DNA from: Candidatus Poribacteria bacterium
Lineage (GTDB): Bacteria > Poribacteria > WGA-4E > WGA-3G
Reading direction: 5' to 3'
DNA: 64,000 nucleotides
Assembly (NCBI GenBank): GCA_965197475.1
Contig: CBDANF010000003.1
Location: 3,296,001 to 3,360,000 of the forward strand
The notes under the pieces: generated by a model
Seen by the model: only the letters and a program-made list of their open reading frames with translations
Database searches by the model: none
Told to the model about the DNA's origin: nothing
In this document: one piece after another, positions 60,185 through 64,000 of the stretch
How the letters are laid out: each line of letters starts with the position of its first letter
How positions within the stretch are numbered: position 1 is the stretch's first letter
Made by a program: the position numbers and the translations under genes

Positions 60185-63100
60185 ATGTTCGGACGAGGAA
60201 GAAGTTTAATTGTCGTTTGTTTGTTGTATCTTTTTGTCTCCACGCTATTTCTTTCCGCACTCGCCTTTGCCCAAGATGAAGCGAACGATCAAAAAATCAT
60301 TGAACGTTATAAGCTTATGCTTAGCCGTAAACCGAAAGAAGGAAGTACATTTGACCGAGTCTATCAATTTTATCTTGAAGGTGCTGGGTTAGACGCAATG
60401 CTCAGCGATTATCAGACTGAGGCGAAAGCCAAACCCAACGATTCTAACCTCCAACTTATTTTAGGACACATATACAAACGTCTTGGTAAAGACGCTGAAG
60501 CAATCACTGCATATCAACGCGCAGTTGAACTCGCTCCGAACAATTATTATTCCCATTTTGCTTTGGGACAGATGCATGGGGCTTTGCGTCAACATGAGGA
60601 AGCAATCCAAAAGTTGACAAAAGCTGCAACATTGTCGGAACAATCACAGGATGTGCCACCGGAAGAGTTAACGGCAATCTATAAGGCACTCGGCAACGCT
60701 CATTTCCGTCGTGACAGAGTGGACGAAGCAATTCAGGCATGGAGAAAAATATCTGAATTTGATCCGCAGGACATCTTTGCACGTATTGAACTTGCAGACC
60801 TTTTCCGTGAGCAGGAACTATACGAACAGGCAATCGCACAACACAAGGCGATTATTGAACTGAAAAAGGACGACCCGTATCGGATCTGTTTGAGTCATAG
60901 GGAAATTGGCAATATCCATGAATCGAAAGGCAACTATGAGAATGCGATCCAAAGTTACGATACGGCACTTGCGCTAACAGCTCCGGGCAACTGGCTGCGT
61001 AAAGACCTTCAACACCGTATTATCGGTATCTTCGCGGCTGACAGCAATTGGGAAGGCTTAATCGAATACTACCAAGGTAAACTTGAAGCAACACCAAATG
61101 AACCGGAACTTCTCGGTTTGCTTGCTGCCGCATATATTGAGAATCAGCAGCTTGAAGAAGGTATCAGCACGTATCGAAAAGGATTAGAACTTGCCCCAAC
61201 CGATGCAAACCTACGTTTAAATCTTATCGCGTCCCTCCGCAATGTGGAAAAGTTTGAAGATGCTGCTGCGGAATACGAAGTACTTAGTCAACAAGATCCT
61301 GACGATTTTGGTATCTACCGCGAACTCGGTGAGTTGTATCTACAGCTTGGAAATCAGGACAAAGCTAAAACGGTATATCAGAAAATGATTGACCGTGATC
61401 CAAACAACGCTGGCACACATCTCATTCTTGCTGAAATTTACGCTGGACATGAATGGGTGGACGATGCTGCTGCACAATATGAAAAAGCAATCTCGCTTGC
61501 ACCTAATAATTTTGAGTATATTGAATATTTTGGTGAATTTTACTTACGGCAAGGAAATCGTGATAAGGCTATAGAAACCTGGAATCGAATGGTCGCTGAC
61601 GATAAAGCGATCGCTGCGAATTATGATCGACTGGCCCAACTGTTCAAGGCAAAAAATTTCAAAACTGAGGCTGTTGCTGCAATCCGAAAAGCCGTTGAAT
61701 TAATGCCCGATGAATATCGCTATCGCGAAGCATTGGCTAAGCACCTCATGGAGAACAGAGATTATGATGCGGCACTCACGGAATACACAGCGGCGATGAA
61801 ACTTGCGCCGAATGCGTTTTTTGCCGAGAAAATGGATGATAAAAGGATTGAACTCTACCGTAGACAAGGCACCCTTTTAGATAAAATCGAACTGCTGGAA
61901 ACTGAACTTGACAAACCTGGGTTAGCAGCTGCGGAGGTATTTTCACACCAAAAACAACTTGCCAAAATGTATCTCAAGTTGGGCAATATTACTTATGCAT
62001 TGGAAGTTCTTTTGAAAGCCAAACAACTCAAGTCTAATGACGTGGGTGTGAATCGGTGGCTCGCGGAGGTATACACCCGGCAAGGTAGACGCGATGAGGC
62101 AAATGCCATCTACATATTTCTAATTGAGATAGACAGCGCAAATGCTCGTGAATACCACGCGAACATCGCAAAGTCGTACCTGAACGTGATGGATTTTGAG
62201 GCGGCCACAGCATCCGCAAAGCGCGTTATTGCGCATAGTCCACGCAATCCTGAGGGACATCAACTGCTTGCACAAATTGCGAAACAATCCAAAAACTATG
62301 ATACCGCTATAGACAGTCTAAAACAGGCGATTCGTCTGCGACCCGAAGCGATTGACACACGCGCTGAATTGGCAGCTGTTTATAAACTTTCAGGAAAACT
62401 TCAACAAGCACTCGCTCAGTATTGGCGGTGTTGGAACTTGATCGATAATGTTAGTGATAAACTCACTTTTGTCAAACCCCTCTCTGAAGTATATTATGAC
62501 CTCGGCAGACGTGGGGAGTTTGAAGAAAAATTAAAGCAGCTGGCAAAATCAAATACCTCTTGGGTGGCACCTGTTCTTGCGCTTGCCGAACTCCACCGGA
62601 TGGAGGGGGACCTGCCGAGTGCTCGCTTCCAATTGGCACAGGCATTAAACAAACAGCGCGAAAATCCAGAACTCTTGGACCACCTAGTACGAATCAGTGT
62701 GGAACTTGGAGATATACAGGATGCTCTTACTTATCAACAACGGCTTGTCAAAGCAGACCCTGATCCGACTCACCAACAGAAACTTGGAGAATTGTTGTTT
62801 GATGTCGGACGTGAACAGGAAGCAATTCAAGCATGGACAAAACTGCTTCATGCTAAAAATCAGACACTTGAGGCGGAAGTTAAACTTGCAGCCTTACTGC
62901 TTCGGCACGGGTTGTCTGAAGAAGCATTTTTTGTGCTTGAACGCGCATCTGAGAAAATCGCTGGAACTGATGCACACCTCCCACTTTATCGGTTGGGATC
63001 TATGTTGGTTGGAATGAATGAAGCAGAACGTGCTCGGGTCTATTTCCGTCGGATTCTTGACATGTCTGAACCCCCTGGAAATATGGCAAAGCGCGGGACT

Positions 63101-64000
63101 ACAAAATCAACAATTTTTGCTTATTCTGCCATCCCCGGAATTGATATAAACAAATTTGAGATTTCGCGTGGAAGCATCGGACAGATCCAAAGTAAACCAA
63201 CATTTGCGGGTGGTAGTATGCCATGGATGCCGAAAACTTTTGAAGAGGCACAAGCTGGTGCTCTTGTCCATTTGACCACAATCGCGCAGCAGCAGGGAAA
63301 ACTTACTGAATTCGTTACACAATTTGAGGAAGATGCCGAAGTTAATCCTACAGATGTCAAGACACTTGAAACCTTGGCGAGGCTCTATACTTTGATCCAA
63401 TACAACGAAAAGGCTAAAGAAGTTTTTGACAAGTTGATTGAAATTTCACCCAATGATTTGGCATACCAACCGATACGATTGCAACGCGTAATGCAGGAAA
63501 ACGGCAATTATGAAACGTTGAAAAAATTACTTGAGGGTATACCTGGGTTGGCTCCCGAGGCGCGGGTCAGATATATTGCGGAATACGCCGAATTACTTTA
63601 TTATGAGGACAAAAAAGAGGATGCGACAAAACTTTTAAGTGAAATTGAAGATGTAAATGTCACTGATATTGATACCGGTTTTAAGTTAGTTTCTGCTTTC
63701 CATCTGGTTGAAAAGACAGATATTGCGGAAAGAATCCTTGTTAATCTACCTCTCCCTCCGCAAGCGAAGCAGCGGGAGTATAGATATCTGTTTCAGGACC
63801 TCACAGACACGTACATTCGTCAAGGAGAACCCGATAAAGCGGTTGCGCTTTTCTGGACTTTCTGTGAGCGCACAAAACCCGATTCTGCGAATCCAAGGCG
63901 TATTACTGCACTTACACAGTCATCATACTCTTACGGAGGCTATAGACCTGTCCATGCCAGTTATCCTACAGCAACAGCATACTTCAATCAAGAGCGTTTA
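60185..64000 (+). CDS. Very large secreted TPR-repeat protein (>1270 aa, 3' end outside window)
   Basis: Not in the ORF track. GGAGG RBS, ATG 60185, MFGRGRSLIVVCLLYLFVSTLFLSALAFAQ. Many TPRs (LGHIYKRLGKDAEAITAYQRAVELAPNN). Same frame at 64000. Confidence 0.9.
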   Translation, partial: MFGRGRSLIVVCLLYLFVSTLFLSALAFAQDEANDQKIIERYKLMLSRKPKEGSTFDRVYQFYLEGAGLDAMLSDYQTEAKAKPNDSNLQLILGHIYKRLGKDAEAITAYQRAVELAPNNYYSHFALGQMHGALRQHEEAIQKLTKAATLSEQSQDVPPEELTAIYKALGNAHFRRDRVDEAIQAWRKISEFDPQDIFARIELADLFREQELYEQAIAQHKAIIELKKDDPYRICLSHREIGNIHESKGNYENAIQSYDTALALTAPGNWLRKDLQHRIIGIFAADSNWEGLIEYYQGKLEATPNEPELLGLLAAAYIENQQLEEGISTYRKGLELAPTDANLRLNLIASLRNVEKFEDAAAEYEVLSQQDPDDFGIYRELGELYLQLGNQDKAKTVYQKMIDRDPNNAGTHLILAEIYAGHEWVDDAAAQYEKAISLAPNNFEYIEYFGEFYLRQGNRDKAIETWNRMVADDKAIAANYDRLAQLFKAKNFKTEAVAAIRKAVELMPDEYRYREALAKHLMENRDYDAALTEYTAAMKLAPNAFFAEKMDDKRIELYRRQGTLLDKIELLETELDKPGLAAAEVFSHQKQLAKMYLKLGNITYALEVLLKAKQLKSNDVGVNRWLAEVYTRQGRRDEANAIYIFLIEIDSANAREYHANIAKSYLNVMDFEAATASAKRVIAHSPRNPEGHQLLAQIAKQSKNYDTAIDSLKQAIRLRPEAIDTRAELAAVYKLSGKLQQALAQYWRCWNLIDNVSDKLTFVKPLSEVYYDLGRRGEFEEKLKQLAKSNTSWVAPVLALAELHRMEGDLPSARFQLAQALNKQRENPELLDHLVRISVELGDIQDALTYQQRLVKADPDPTHQQKLGELLFDVGREQEAIQAWTKLLHAKNQTLEAEVKLAALLLRHGLSEEAFFVLERASEKIAGTDAHLPLYRLGSMLVGMNEAERARVYFRRILDMSEPPGNMAKRGTTKSTIFAYSAIPGIDINKFEISRGSIGQIQSKPTFAGGSMPWMPKTFEEAQAGALVHLTTIAQQQGKLTEFVTQFEEDAEVNPTDVKTLETLARLYTLIQYNEKAKEVFDKLIEISPNDLAYQPIRLQRVMQENGNYETLKKLLEGIPGLAPEARVRYIAEYAELLYYEDKKEDATKLLSEIEDVNVTDIDTGFKLVSAFHLVEKTDIAERILVNLPLPPQAKQREYRYLFQDLTDTYIRQGEPDKAVALFWTFCERTKPDSANPRRITALTQSSYSYGGYRPVHASYPTATAYFNQERL

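Noticed and set aside
1-64000. tRNA/rRNA genes, prophage
   Set aside because: No cloverleaf, rRNA-like or phage structural signatures recognised by eye

Overview
Bacterial genomic window, most likely Candidatus Poribacteria or a relative. This is inferred from the LRR/cadherin adhesin, the 'NPFNPETWIPY...RKMxILK' C-terminal domains, a recurrent '(A/P)VExxxKLxTxWxxLK' tail, and the PhyH, sulfatase and TPR genes. It holds two giant ORFs missing from the ORF track because they run off the edges (an LRR/cadherin surface protein, 7478 to <1, and a TPR protein, 60185 to >64000). It also holds a recent near-identical duplication of a secreted beta-helix glycan enzyme, a primase/helicase-like gene, housekeeping genes (truA, folD, cysC), an ECF sigma/anti-sigma pair, an IS1, an IS1595-type element with passenger ORFs and a nested IS3, several MITE/REP families, and three genes broken by single lesions. 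The top candidate for an undescribed system is a 2004-bp unit (20631-22634). It has two translationally coupled DUF1670-like HTH genes between perfect 13-bp inverted repeats, no recognisable transposase and no target duplication. Its right end carries a near-consensus sigma70 promoter followed by about 125 nt of four consecutive hairpins, a candidate ncRNA. All family assignments are by motif recognition; no searches were run.
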